This document shows positions 8,412 to 17,869 of a DNA stretch of 64,000 bases, piece after piece. The position numbers and the translations under genes were made by a program. Origin of the DNA: a virus (Duplodnaviria; Caudoviricetes); IMG/VR virus record IMGVR_UViG_3300014204_000116, positions 64,001 to 128,000 of that record; one strand, written 5' to 3'. The notes below the pieces were generated by a model. It was not told the DNA's origin, did no database searches, and saw only the letters and a program-made list of their open reading frames with translations. Every line of letters starts with the position of its first letter. The first letter of the stretch is position 1.

Positions 8412-9746
8412 ATGAAAAAGATCTCCTTCCCTCGCCCGATCCCGGTTCCCCTGTACTACCTGAAGCATCCTGCTCTCCGCCAAGTAGGCTGTCCAGTCTG
8501 CCACTCGCATAATGTCGCCATCGATCTGGGCAACACGGCTGTGGTGAAAGGGCCGGTAAAGCATCCGACTCTGGGGCCTATATTGGGCGAAGTATTCTCG
8601 GTGGTATGCCATTGTGCCATGGAGCATTCTTTCGTATTGCGCCTGGCCAACCACCGGAATACCTCTTTGGTGTGGACCGATGTCGCTATCGTTGCCACTT
8701 TACCGGATTCCATGGATGCTATTAAGAATGTCACGATAGATCCTCCCGTTGCCGCTCAGCAGGCATTCGATTTGTCCGCAGGAGGCAATGTGGTCACGGA
8801 TCACATGGACAAGCTGGAAAAGACTGGCATCCTTGGCGACGAAGACAAGGCTCTCTACGACGCGATGCAAAAGCATCAGCCTCCCGCAAAACCTATCGAC
8901 GAGATCCCAGGCAACAGTCTTGACGACGACCTCTACCACGAGGCCAAAGAGCCAGACGAGATGGATCATGAGCCGGAAGAGGGCAAGTGCGCAGAGTGCG
9001 AAGACACGGAGTGTAATAACAACCCGAATAATCCGACCAATCTGACCAATACTTTTCCAGGTGAATCTCCCAACACCGACTATTGCCATGCTGGTCTGTC
9101 TGTCACAGATTCTCTCTACGATATCAAGGAGTTTGGTGGCGTGCAGGATACTTGCATCTGCTGCCCCAACGTCGTATGCCCGGTAAACATGAAGGTCCAG
9201 AAGATGCTTCGCACTCGCAAATACAATCTGGACAGTTGTAACGGCGAGATTGTAACGAAGCCAATTGAGCCGCACGATAGATTTTTCGAGGAACTCCAGG
9301 AGATCCACGAAGAGAGGCTAGACCATTATGAGAAGGCCCTCAAGAGCCAAAGTCTCAATATCCTGCCCAATGTCGCAAAGAGGCTTTTGGCTAACCTGGC
9401 CGAAGTGAATAAGCTGAGCATACCCTCCTTCATAAAGGTCTACAAATTGAGGGAACAACTGGTGAGGGAAGAAGTTGGCTTGCGAACGGTGTTATGCAAG
9501 ATCCTGAGCATGCAGCCCGAAGATCCCATGGATGCACCGGCCTCGGAGGCCAGCCCGCAGCCGAATAAAAAGCTTGCTAATACGAAAAATGTAGACAATA
9601 ATGCTCCCAAGAAAGCACTCGTGCCTGGGTGCCCGGAGAAACTCACGGTGAGCCAGGCCAAGAGCGATCAGTGCCAGAAGTCTTTCTGCAAGGGCTGCGA
9701 GAAGACCAGTTGTCCGGCACATCCCGATCATAAGCCAAAAGTATGA
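8412..9746 (+). CDS. Cys-rich multi-zinc-finger-like protein
   Basis: CPVC...CHC, CAECEDTEC, CICCPNVVCPVN and CKGCEKTSCPAHP; its stop overlaps the first array gene (ATGA). Confidence 0.7.
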   Translation: MKKISFPRPIPVPLYYLKHPALRQVGCPVCHSHNVAIDLGNTAVVKGPVKHPTLGPILGEVFSVVCHCAMEHSFVLRLANHRNTSLVWTDVAIVATLPDSMDAIKNVTIDPPVAAQQAFDLSAGGNVVTDHMDKLEKTGILGDEDKALYDAMQKHQPPAKPIDEIPGNSLDDDLYHEAKEPDEMDHEPEEGKCAECEDTECNNNPNNPTNLTNTFPGESPNTDYCHAGLSVTDSLYDIKEFGGVQDTCICCPNVVCPVNMKVQKMLRTRKYNLDSCNGEIVTKPIEPHDRFFEELQEIHEERLDHYEKALKSQSLNILPNVAKRLLANLAEVNKLSIPSFIKVYKLREQLVREEVGLRTVLCKILSMQPEDPMDAPASEASPQPNKKLANTKNVDNNAPKKALVPGCPEKLTVSQAKSDQCQKSFCKGCEKTSCPAHPDHKPKV

Positions 9747-10312
9747 ATAAGACCACGAACAAGCCAAAAACTAAATGGGCACGCGCCAAGCGTCGGGAGG
9801 GGATAAAAGCCTGGAACGAAGTTCCTGCTCCATCCGTCCTTATCGACGTCCTTAGCCAAATCAGCGCTCCCAGGGCAGTCTTTGTGGAGGTCAGCATAGT
9901 TATTGCCGAGGCGGTTCTCCCCAAATTCGAGGCAAAGCTGCCCAAGGACACCCGACCTCGGCGGGCGATAGATACGGCCAAAGCCTGGCTCAAGGACGGG
10001 ACCGTATTGAATGGCGATGATCTTGTTGGGGCTGTCTGGGCTTCTCATTCTGGTCGAGTACTGGCTCGGGATGTTTCTTACGCTGCCTGGACCGCTTACT
10101 ATGCTGCTTGCACCGCCCACGCTGCTGCCGATACCAAGTCTAATGACGCCTATGCCTATGATGCTACGGTCCACTATGCTTCCACTACGGTTTCTCATGC
10201 CATCGACGCAGGCCTTGATTGCCAGCGCGCGATGGGCATCATTAAGAAGATAGGACACAAGCACTTTAAATTCCTGCGCGAGGCTAGCACAAATGAACAA
10301 GCCAAAGGCTAA
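9743..10312 (+). CDS. Imm5-like domain protein, array copy 1
   Basis: PKDTRPRRAIDTAKAWL, Ala-rich core, C-terminal IIKKIGHKHFKFL; basic N-terminus. Confidence 0.85.
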   Translation: MNKTTNKPKTKWARAKRREGIKAWNEVPAPSVLIDVLSQISAPRAVFVEVSIVIAEAVLPKFEAKLPKDTRPRRAIDTAKAWLKDGTVLNGDDLVGAVWASHSGRVLARDVSYAAWTAYYAACTAHAAADTKSNDAYAYDATVHYASTTVSHAIDAGLDCQRAMGIIKKIGHKHFKFLREASTNEQAKG

Positions 10313-10808
10313 AACCACGGGCCTGACTAAACTCGCTCGGGATCGCATCAAATACCAGGCGGAGATCAAGGCCTGGAACAAAGCTGATACCCTGAGGGAG
10401 GCCATCCACGTCCTTGCGGATATCAAAGCTCCCCAAGCGGCCTTTGTAGAGATCGGCATAGCAGCCGCTGTCGCAGTTCTTCCCGTGTTCGAAAAGAGTC
10501 GCCCCGATGATCCTCGATCTCGCAAGGCAATAGAGGCGCTCAAAGCTTTGCTTAGGCGCGGGACAAAGATCGACGATGCCATTGTTCATGATACTAGTGC
10601 TGCTGCCTGGATTGCTGACCGGAACGCTTCTTATGCGGCCTGGTCTGCTTACTACGCCCTCCAAAGCGCTCAGAGCAAGGATACTTCGGCGTATTATGCT
10701 TACTATGCAGTTTCCCATGCCGTTGGAGCGGGTCTTCGCCACCAGCGAGCAATAAGGATCATCAAGCGAATCGGGCACAAATACTTCGCATTCCTGAGCA
10801 AGCGCTAA
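10293..10808 (+). CDS. Imm5-like domain protein, array copy 2
   Basis: PDDPRSRKAIEALKAL, IIKRIGHKYFAFL; basic N-terminus. Confidence 0.85.
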   Translation: MNKPKAKTTGLTKLARDRIKYQAEIKAWNKADTLREAIHVLADIKAPQAAFVEIGIAAAVAVLPVFEKSRPDDPRSRKAIEALKALLRRGTKIDDAIVHDTSAAAWIADRNASYAAWSAYYALQSAQSKDTSAYYAYYAVSHAVGAGLRHQRAIRIIKRIGHKYFAFLSKR

Positions 10809-10812
10809 GCGA

Positions 10813-11454
10813 ATGAGTGCAAAACTCCAAGCTCTAGACCCTGCCGAATTTGTCCAGTCCTATACCGCAGACAAGTACAAGATGGAGATTGGCGCTTGGG
10901 ACAATGCTACCACTCCGGGGGATCTTCTCTACGCCCTTAAATCTCTCAAAGCTCCCTGCGCAGCCTACGTAGAAATGGGAATAATCATTTCCGAAGAAGC
11001 TCTTTCACAATTTGAGGGTGTGTATCCCAATGATCCTCGGCCTCGACAGGCAGTAGACGCTGCTAAAGCCTGGCTTAAGAATAGAACAGCGGCCAATGAG
11101 GGTGCTCTTAATAAGGCTACCGATAATGCCTACGCTGCTTATAACGCTAAGCTCCAGGCTGCCAGTATCACTTCTGAAACTAGCCGTGCTTGCAAGGGCA
11201 AGGAGGTTCAATTTCGTGCGGCTCAGGCTGCTGCACAGGCCGCTTCTGCTGCACAGGCCGCTTGTAGTGCTTCTTGCCACATATGTGATGCTGATGCCGA
11301 GATTGACTGTGCTTCTTGTGCAGCTTCGGCGACTGCTGGGGTAGCTAACGATGTTGCCCACTATGCCGTCAGGGCAGGTCGCCCCGTTAAAGATGTGATG
11401 GACATCATCAAGGAAGTAGGGCATAGATACTACACGTTTTTGAAGCAGAGCTAA
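10813..11454 (+). CDS. Imm5-like domain protein, array copy 3
   Basis: LDPAEFVQSY head; PNDPRPRQAVDAAKAWL. Confidence 0.88.
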   Translation: MSAKLQALDPAEFVQSYTADKYKMEIGAWDNATTPGDLLYALKSLKAPCAAYVEMGIIISEEALSQFEGVYPNDPRPRQAVDAAKAWLKNRTAANEGALNKATDNAYAAYNAKLQAASITSETSRACKGKEVQFRAAQAAAQAASAAQAACSASCHICDADAEIDCASCAASATAGVANDVAHYAVRAGRPVKDVMDIIKEVGHRYYTFLKQS

Positions 11455-12006
11455 ATGAACACAACAACCGAGATCACAGTCCCAGCCGAATTTGTTCGAG
11501 CTTTCACGGCGGACAAATACAGGAAAGAGATTGTGACTTGGCATACATCTTCTGCCCCGAGTGATCTTGTCATGGTTCTTAGAAACCTCAAAGCTCCCAG
11601 GGCAGCCTTCGTAGAGATTGGCGTAGCCCTGGCCGAGGGAGTTCTTCCAAAATACGAGAGCAGATATCCAGCAGATCTCCGCCCTCGGAAGACAATAGAC
11701 GCTGCAAAAGCTTGGCTTAGAGATGGATCAACAGCCAATGCTCAGGTTGCTGACAGGGAGACCCAGACTTTCTATATCATCACAAAAGTGGCCGACGCTA
11801 TTAGCTCAAATAATGCTACCATTAGCGCAAATAATGCTGCTTATGCGGCTGCTTGCGCTGCCTGGGTTGTCACTGCTGCCCTCTCTAATGTTTCCGTCGT
11901 TATGGCTGTCACTTACGCCATGAATGCAGGTCTCTCTCACCAATGCGTAATTGATATCATCAAAGAAGTGGGTCAGCGATACTTCGCATTCCTAAAGCAA
12001 GCCTGA
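11455..12006 (+). CDS. Imm5-like domain protein, array copy 4
   Basis: PADLRPRKTIDAAKAWL; abuts the previous gene (TAAATG). Confidence 0.88.
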   Translation: MNTTTEITVPAEFVRAFTADKYRKEIVTWHTSSAPSDLVMVLRNLKAPRAAFVEIGVALAEGVLPKYESRYPADLRPRKTIDAAKAWLRDGSTANAQVADRETQTFYIITKVADAISSNNATISANNAAYAAACAAWVVTAALSNVSVVMAVTYAMNAGLSHQCVIDIIKEVGQRYFAFLKQA

Positions 12007-12555
12007 ATGAATGCAATAGCCGAATCTCTAGATCCAGCCGAGTTTGTCCGATCCTACACCACGGACAAATATGGGGAGGAGATTGCAGCCTGGAGCGGGG
12101 CTACTCTTCCCGAGGATCTCATCGACGTCCTTAAGGATCTTAAGGTTCCCCAGATAGCTTATGCAGAGATCAGTGCAGCGCTGTCAGAAGCAGTTCTCCC
12201 CATATTTGAAAAGGAGCATCCCGATGATCCCGAACCTCGGCAAGCCATAGGGATTATCAAATCCTGGCTTAAGGATCAAACAGAAGCCAATGTTCGAGCT
12301 GCTAAGCAACTTTGGGTTTTTCACGCTGCCAATACCTCTTCCGATGCTGCTGTCGATGATCCTGCTGGGGCTGCTGCTTATGCGGCCCATACTGTTCTTT
12401 GTCATGCTATTCTTTCCATCGCTTCTCCTTTTCCTGCTCTATCTGCCCAACGGGCTGCTTTTACAGCCAGCCGGGCGGGCCTCCCTAACCGGCGCGCGAT
12501 GAGCCTGGTAAAAGAAGTGGGCCACAAGTATTTTGCATTTTTGAGCAAGGGCTGA
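12007..12555 (+). CDS. Imm5-like domain protein, array copy 5
   Basis: LDPAEFVRSY; PDDPEPRQAIGIIKSWL. Confidence 0.88.
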   Translation: MNAIAESLDPAEFVRSYTTDKYGEEIAAWSGATLPEDLIDVLKDLKVPQIAYAEISAALSEAVLPIFEKEHPDDPEPRQAIGIIKSWLKDQTEANVRAAKQLWVFHAANTSSDAAVDDPAGAAAYAAHTVLCHAILSIASPFPALSAQRAAFTASRAGLPNRRAMSLVKEVGHKYFAFLSKG

Positions 12556-13071
12556 ATGAGCACGACACTCCAAATTGTAGACCCCGCCGAGTTCGTGAAA
12601 GACTTCACGACGGCCAAGTATGCGCGGGAAATCAAGACCTGGAATGATCCCTCTTCTACCCCTAAGAATCTTGCCCATATCCTTCTCGATCTTAAAGCCC
12701 CCACGGCAGCCCTCGCAGAAATTGGTCTAACGTTGGCAGAAGAAGTTCTTCCGGTGTTTGAGAAGAAGTGCCCTAGCGACCCCCGGCCCAGGAAAGCTGT
12801 AAAGGCGGGAAAAGCCTGGCTTAAAGACAGAACGGAAGCTAATTACAATGCTGCTCAAATCAGCTCTTGGGCTGCTGCCGATGCTGCTCGGGCTGCCAGT
12901 GATGCTAATTCAGAAGATGCTTCCAATGCCGCCTGGACTGCCACTCACGCCCTTCACAACATCGAAGTTGCAGTTTTTTACGCGCGCTACGCCGGGCTTC
13001 CCAATCAACGTGCATTCGGCATCATCAAGAAGGTGGGCCACGATTACTTCGCATTCCTGAGTGAGAACTGA
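12556..13071 (+). CDS. Imm5-like domain protein, array copy 6
   Basis: VDPAEFVKDF; PSDPRPRKAVKAGKAWL. Confidence 0.88.
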   Translation: MSTTLQIVDPAEFVKDFTTAKYAREIKTWNDPSSTPKNLAHILLDLKAPTAALAEIGLTLAEEVLPVFEKKCPSDPRPRKAVKAGKAWLKDRTEANYNAAQISSWAAADAARAASDANSEDASNAAWTATHALHNIEVAVFYARYAGLPNQRAFGIIKKVGHDYFAFLSEN

Positions 13072-13749
13072 ATGAGTGCAACAACCCGAACTGTAGACCC
13101 TGCTGAATTCGTGAAGTCCTTCATGGAGGACAAGTATAGCAGGGAGATCAAGAACTGGAACGAAGTTTACGCGCCAGAGAGTCTCATCTTTATTCTCAAA
13201 GATCTCAAAGCTCCCCATGTAATCTACGCAGAAATTAGCGTAGCCTTGGCGGAAGAAGTCCTTCCGAGATATGAAGAGAAATACCCCAAAGATCTCCGTC
13301 CCCGACAGGCGATAAAATTCGCCAGAGATTGGCTCAACGATAGGACAATGAACAACGCTGCTTGTGCTGCTTGTGCTGCTGCCGCTGCTGCCGCGCGCGA
13401 GGCTGTTGATGCTGCCAATAGCGATATGTGGGCTGTTAATTCTGATGATTCGAATGATTCTGATGATTTTACGGTCGTTACCCCACAGGCCGTTAATGCT
13501 GCTCGGGCCGCGTATGATGCGGTTTCTTCTGCTGCCTGGGCGGGTGCCCACGTTACTCGGGCAGCTTCCAACATCAATTATGCTTCTCACTACGCGGGCC
13601 ATGCCGCCGATAATGCCGCCAGAGCAGGTCTTTCTGATCAGCGCATAATGGACATCATTAGAGTAATAGGGCATAGGTATTATACGTTTTTGAAGCAAAA
13701 CTATCGACATTACACTTTTGAAGTAAAGACGAATGAGCACAATGACTGA
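13072..13749 (+). CDS. Imm5-like domain protein, array copy 7
   Basis: PKDLRPRQAIKFARDWL; longest variable core, with an NSDDSNDSDD insert. Confidence 0.88.
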   Translation: MSATTRTVDPAEFVKSFMEDKYSREIKNWNEVYAPESLIFILKDLKAPHVIYAEISVALAEEVLPRYEEKYPKDLRPRQAIKFARDWLNDRTMNNAACAACAAAAAAAREAVDAANSDMWAVNSDDSNDSDDFTVVTPQAVNAARAAYDAVSSAAWAGAHVTRAASNINYASHYAGHAADNAARAGLSDQRIMDIIRVIGHRYYTFLKQNYRHYTFEVKTNEHND

Positions 13750-14305
13750 GGCTTTAGACCCGGCTACGTTTGTCCAGTCTTACCTGGTGGACAAATATAA
13801 GGCTGAGATTGTAGCCTGGAACGAGGCTCCCTCTCCAAACGCTTTTATCGATATTCTTCGGGATCTCAATGCTTCCAAAGCTGCTTTTGTAGAGATCTGC
13901 GTGGCGTTGGCTGAGGAAGTTCTTCCGGTGTTCGAAAAGGAATTTCCCAAAGATCTCCGCCCTCGGAAAGCAATAGAAGCAGCCAAAGCCTGGCTTAAAG
14001 ATCGAACAGCCGCTAATACCCGAGCTGCTGCTGTTGCTTCTGATGCCGCTTCCAATGCTGCTGTTAATTCTACCGCTATTAAACTTGTTTCTGTTCTTGA
14101 AACTTGGTCTGCTTCTGTCGTTGTCGGTGCTGCTGCTTGGGCTGCCAGCAGAGCTGCTAGTGCTGCTGCTGATACTTCTTATGCTTCTGACTTCACATTT
14201 TGCACCGCTGACGATGCCACTAGAGCAGGTCTTCCTGGGCATCGTATAATGGACATCTTCAGGGAAGTGGGCTACAAGTATTATGCGTTTTTGAAGCCAA
14301 GATGA
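13733..14305 (+). CDS. Imm5-like domain protein, array copy 8
   Basis: EALDPATFVQSY; PKDLRPRKAIEAAKAWL. Confidence 0.88.
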   Translation: MSTMTEALDPATFVQSYLVDKYKAEIVAWNEAPSPNAFIDILRDLNASKAAFVEICVALAEEVLPVFEKEFPKDLRPRKAIEAAKAWLKDRTAANTRAAAVASDAASNAAVNSTAIKLVSVLETWSASVVVGAAAWAASRAASAAADTSYASDFTFCTADDATRAGLPGHRIMDIFREVGYKYYAFLKPR

Positions 14306-14851
14306 ATGAGCACAACAACCATAGATCCCTCCGAGTTCGTTAAGTCTTACACTGCGGAAAGGTATAAGGCTGAGATTAAGGCCTGGAACAAAGCCATTAC
14401 TCCAAGTGCTCTCATCAACTTCCTTAGAGCCTTCAAAGCCCCTAAGGCAGTCTTTGTAGAGATCGGCATAGCGCTTGCAGAAGAAGTTCTGCAAGAATTT
14501 GAGAAGAGATGCCCCAAAGATCGCTGTCCTCATCGAGCAATAAAAGCTGCCAAAGCTTGGCTTAACAATAGAACGGAAGCTAATGCCCAAGCGGCCCGCG
14601 TTAGGGCTACGGAGGTTTACGAAATTTCTTGGGCTTGTGCTACTTCTAATGACGCTGTTAGCAGTACTTATGCCGCTCGTACTGCGGCTTGGGCTGCCCA
14701 CGCTGCTGAAGCGGAGACTCCTGTTGATGCCGCGTACAATACTGACAACGCGCTCGCTTATGCCCTGGCGGCAGATCTTCCTCCCGTACGCGCGCTTGAC
14801 ATCATCAAGGAAGTAGGATATAGATATTATACATTTTTGAAACAGAATTGA
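14306..14851 (+). CDS. Imm5-like domain protein, array copy 9
   Basis: IDPSEFVKSY; PKDRCPHRAIKAAKAWL. Confidence 0.88.
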   Translation: MSTTTIDPSEFVKSYTAERYKAEIKAWNKAITPSALINFLRAFKAPKAVFVEIGIALAEEVLQEFEKRCPKDRCPHRAIKAAKAWLNNRTEANAQAARVRATEVYEISWACATSNDAVSSTYAARTAAWAAHAAEAETPVDAAYNTDNALAYALAADLPPVRALDIIKEVGYRYYTFLKQN

Positions 14852-14865
14852 TCGAATATGGCCGG

Positions 14866-15405
14866 ATGAGCACGACAACCGAAATTGTAGACCCCGCTGA
14901 ATTTGTCCAGTCCTTTACTGCGGCCAAATATCAGAGAGTGGTAGACGCCTGGAGCAATACTCTTTCTCCAGGATGTTTTATCAACGCTTTGGCATCCGCC
15001 AAAGCCCCCAAGGCAGTCTATGTAGAGATCTGCCTGGCGTTCGCAGACGAAATTCTGTCGGTGTTTGAAGAGAAGCACCCTGAAGACTTCCGCCCTCGAA
15101 GGGCAGTAGAAGCAGCCAGGGCCTGGCTTGAGAATAGAACCACTGCTAACGAAGAAGCTGCGCGCAAAGCTGCTGGGGAGGCTTCTCTCGTGGCTTTTAT
15201 CTATTGCGACGACAACACCACTCGTGCTGCTACCTGGGCTACCTGGGCTACCGCTAATACCGCTGGGGCCACGTTTTCTTACGCTGCCTATAATGCTGTC
15301 CAAGCCGTTATCTACGCTATTGGAGCCGGTATTCCTCAACAGCATCTCATGGATATCATTCGGGATGTGGTCCATAGATACTACGCATTTTTGAGCCTGT
15401 GTTAA
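14866..15405 (+). CDS. Imm5-like domain protein, array copy 10
   Basis: Start MSTTTEIVDPAEFV chosen by analogy with its paralogues; PEDFRPRRAVEAARAWL. Confidence 0.88.
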   Translation: MSTTTEIVDPAEFVQSFTAAKYQRVVDAWSNTLSPGCFINALASAKAPKAVYVEICLAFADEILSVFEEKHPEDFRPRRAVEAARAWLENRTTANEEAARKAAGEASLVAFIYCDDNTTRAATWATWATANTAGATFSYAAYNAVQAVIYAIGAGIPQQHLMDIIRDVVHRYYAFLSLC

Positions 15406-15996
15406 ATGAGTGCGACCGCTGAAACTTTAGATCCTGCTACATTCGTTCAGTCTTATATTGTGACCAAGTATAAGAAGGAGATCGAAGCCTGGGGCAAATC
15501 TGCCATTCCAGAAGAACTCATTAGCATTCTTAAAGACCTCAGGGCTCCCAAGGCAGCTTTTGCAGAGATCAGCATAATTCTTGCAGAAGGCATTCTTCCT
15601 GCAATTGAATTAAGGCATCCTGGAGATCTCCGCCCACGTAGGGCGTTAGAAGCTGCAAAAGTCTACTTTAATAAAGATACCGAAGATAATGCTAAAGCCG
15701 TTACCGAAGCTATCGACCACGCATTTAAAGCCGAAGCCGAAGCTACCGGCCATGCTGAATCTGCTGCTGCTGCCTACGCTATTTGTTATGCTGCTCGTGC
15801 CTCTTGTGCCCGCAATATTGAGGAAGCGTCTAATAATGCTGCTTGGACTGCTTATTATGCCACGGCAACATTCCGCATAAAAGCATCCTATGACGCTGTT
15901 GAGGCGACTTCTGCGGTCCTTAACCAGCAGCATATACTGGATGTCATAAGGAAAGTGGGCCGCAAACATTTTGCATTCTTAAACAAGGCCAAATGA
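15406..15996 (+). CDS. Imm5-like domain protein, array copy 11
   Basis: ETLDPATFVQSY; PGDLRPRRALEAAK. Confidence 0.88.
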   Translation: MSATAETLDPATFVQSYIVTKYKKEIEAWGKSAIPEELISILKDLRAPKAAFAEISIILAEGILPAIELRHPGDLRPRRALEAAKVYFNKDTEDNAKAVTEAIDHAFKAEAEATGHAESAAAAYAICYAARASCARNIEEASNNAAWTAYYATATFRIKASYDAVEATSAVLNQQHILDVIRKVGRKHFAFLNKAK

Positions 15997-16631
15997 GCAC
16001 GCTAACCGAAACTTTAAATCCTGCCGAGTTCGTTCAGTCCTATACCCTGCAAAAATATCGGAGGGAGATCGAGGCCTGGGGAAAAGCCGCTACTCCAGGT
16101 GATCTCATCAATGTTCTCAGAATCATCGGCGCTCCGAAAGCCACCTATGTGGAGATCAGCATAGCTCTTGCCGAAGAAGTTCTCCCTGTGTTTGAAAAGG
16201 AATGTCCTCAAGATCCCCGTCCTCGGCAAGCCGTAGAAGCGGCCAAAGCTTGGCTTGTGGGCGGGACACAGGCTAATGTTGAGGCTTCTGCAAAAAGTGC
16301 TGAGGGGGCTTTTAATGCTGTTTGGAATATTAACGCGCTTATGGCAGGGGAGGCCAGGTATGCCGGTCGTGTTGCCTACTGCGCTGCTTATGCTGCTGCT
16401 TATCCTGTGAGTAATGCTGATCAAGCTGCTGTCACTTTCGCTATTGCCTACGCTGTTACCACTTCCGTAGGATATGCCTCTTACACCGCTGCCTGCGCTG
16501 ATCAATCTGCCCAGGCGGCTTATAGTGCTGCTTATTATGCCGTTGAAGCAGGCTTTTCTAATCGTCTTGCGGTGGATATCGTTAGAAGGGTGGGCTGTAG
16601 GTATTTTGCATTCTTGAGGAAAACCAAATGA
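15993..16631 (+). CDS. Imm5-like domain protein, array copy 12
   Basis: ETLNPAEFVQSY; PQDPRPRQAVEAAKAWL. Confidence 0.88.
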   Translation: MSTLTETLNPAEFVQSYTLQKYRREIEAWGKAATPGDLINVLRIIGAPKATYVEISIALAEEVLPVFEKECPQDPRPRQAVEAAKAWLVGGTQANVEASAKSAEGAFNAVWNINALMAGEARYAGRVAYCAAYAAAYPVSNADQAAVTFAIAYAVTTSVGYASYTAACADQSAQAAYSAAYYAVEAGFSNRLAVDIVRRVGCRYFAFLRKTK

Positions 16632-17215
16632 GCCCGACAGCCAAAATTGTAGACCCTGCCGAGTTCGTTCAATCCTTTACTGCGACCAAGTATAAGGAGG
16701 GGATCGAGGTTTGGCGTGATGCTGAGACGCCAGCGGATCTTATTTTTGCTCTTCGAACCCTTAAGGCCCCCAAGGCAGCCTATGCCGAAATTAGTGCAGC
16801 CCTTGCCGAAGAAGTTCTACCGGCATTCGAAAAGAAGTACCCTTGTGATCTTCGGCCTCGGAAAGCCGTAGAGGCTGCCAAAGCTTGGATTAAGAATAGA
16901 ACAGCGGCTAATGCCAGGGCGGCAGAAGAAGCTTCCAACGATGCGTGGCATGCTGCCGATTATGCTACCGACGCTACCTTAATGATGGTTGCCAATGATG
17001 GTGCTGCTGATGCAGCTTCTGCTGCCTACAACGCCGCTGCTGTTGCTTCTGCCGCCTACCCTATTTTCAATGCTTGCCATGTCGAGGGTGATTACACCAT
17101 CTATGCCATTTACGGCACCGTTGACGCCGCCAAGACGGGCATACCCAATCAGCGCATACTGGACACGATCAAAGAAGTGGGCTATAGATATTTTTCGTTC
17201 TTGAAGCCGAGCTGA
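16628..17215 (+). CDS. Imm5-like domain protein, array copy 13
   Basis: VDPAEFVQSF; PCDLRPRKAVEAAKAWI. Confidence 0.88.
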   Translation: MSPTAKIVDPAEFVQSFTATKYKEGIEVWRDAETPADLIFALRTLKAPKAAYAEISAALAEEVLPAFEKKYPCDLRPRKAVEAAKAWIKNRTAANARAAEEASNDAWHAADYATDATLMMVANDGAADAASAAYNAAAVASAAYPIFNACHVEGDYTIYAIYGTVDAAKTGIPNQRILDTIKEVGYRYFSFLKPS

Positions 17216-17228
17216 ATGAGTACAGCGA

Positions 17229-17816
17229 ATGAGTACAATGAGTACGACGACTGCCATCATAGATCCTGCTGAATTTGTCCGGTCTTACACCGAAGCCAAA
17301 TACTGGAAGGAGATCAGGAGCTGGAATGAGGCTGAGGCCCCGGAGGATCTTATCGATGTCCTCAGAGTTCTCAAAGCTCCTAAGATAGCCTTTGTAGAGG
17401 TTGTTGTAGCACTCGCCGAAGAGGTTTTTCCGACGTTCAAGAAGAAGCACCCCAAAGATCTCCGACCTCGGCAAGCAATAGATGCGGCCAAAGCTTGGTT
17501 TAAGGACCAAACGGAAACCAATACTAATGCCGTGAGGGTTGCTGCCATTGCTGCTAATAGAGCTGCCCATGATTGTGCTGCCCGCGCCGATTGTGCCGCT
17601 CAGGCTGCTACCGACAGCGCTTACGTCGCTGGCAATGCTGCTTCTATCACTGCCTATATCGATGATGTCGAGTATCCTGTCGCCTATTCCACTGTTGTTT
17701 CTTATGCCTGCATCGCTACCAGTAATGCTATTCGGGCAGGTCTTTCCGTCGAATGCGCAATGGATATCATTAGGAAAGCGGGTCATAAGCGTTTTGCATT
17801 CTTAAGATTAGATTAA
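17229..17816 (+). CDS. Imm5-like domain protein, array copy 14
   Basis: IDPAEFVRSY; PKDLRPRQAIDAAKAWF. Confidence 0.88.
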   Translation: MSTMSTTTAIIDPAEFVRSYTEAKYWKEIRSWNEAEAPEDLIDVLRVLKAPKIAFVEVVVALAEEVFPTFKKKHPKDLRPRQAIDAAKAWFKDQTETNTNAVRVAAIAANRAAHDCAARADCAAQAATDSAYVAGNAASITAYIDDVEYPVAYSTVVSYACIATSNAIRAGLSVECAMDIIRKAGHKRFAFLRLD

Positions 17817-17869
17817 ATATATCTTGAAATGGAGGCAAGAATTGTCTATCCTGCATACGAACCGATAAT

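Noticed and set aside
9743-17816. Classical bacterial polymorphic-toxin locus with an orphan immunity array
   Set aside because: No toxin, Rhs, Cdi or secretion genes are nearby and the context is phage-like; a true immunity function is unproven.
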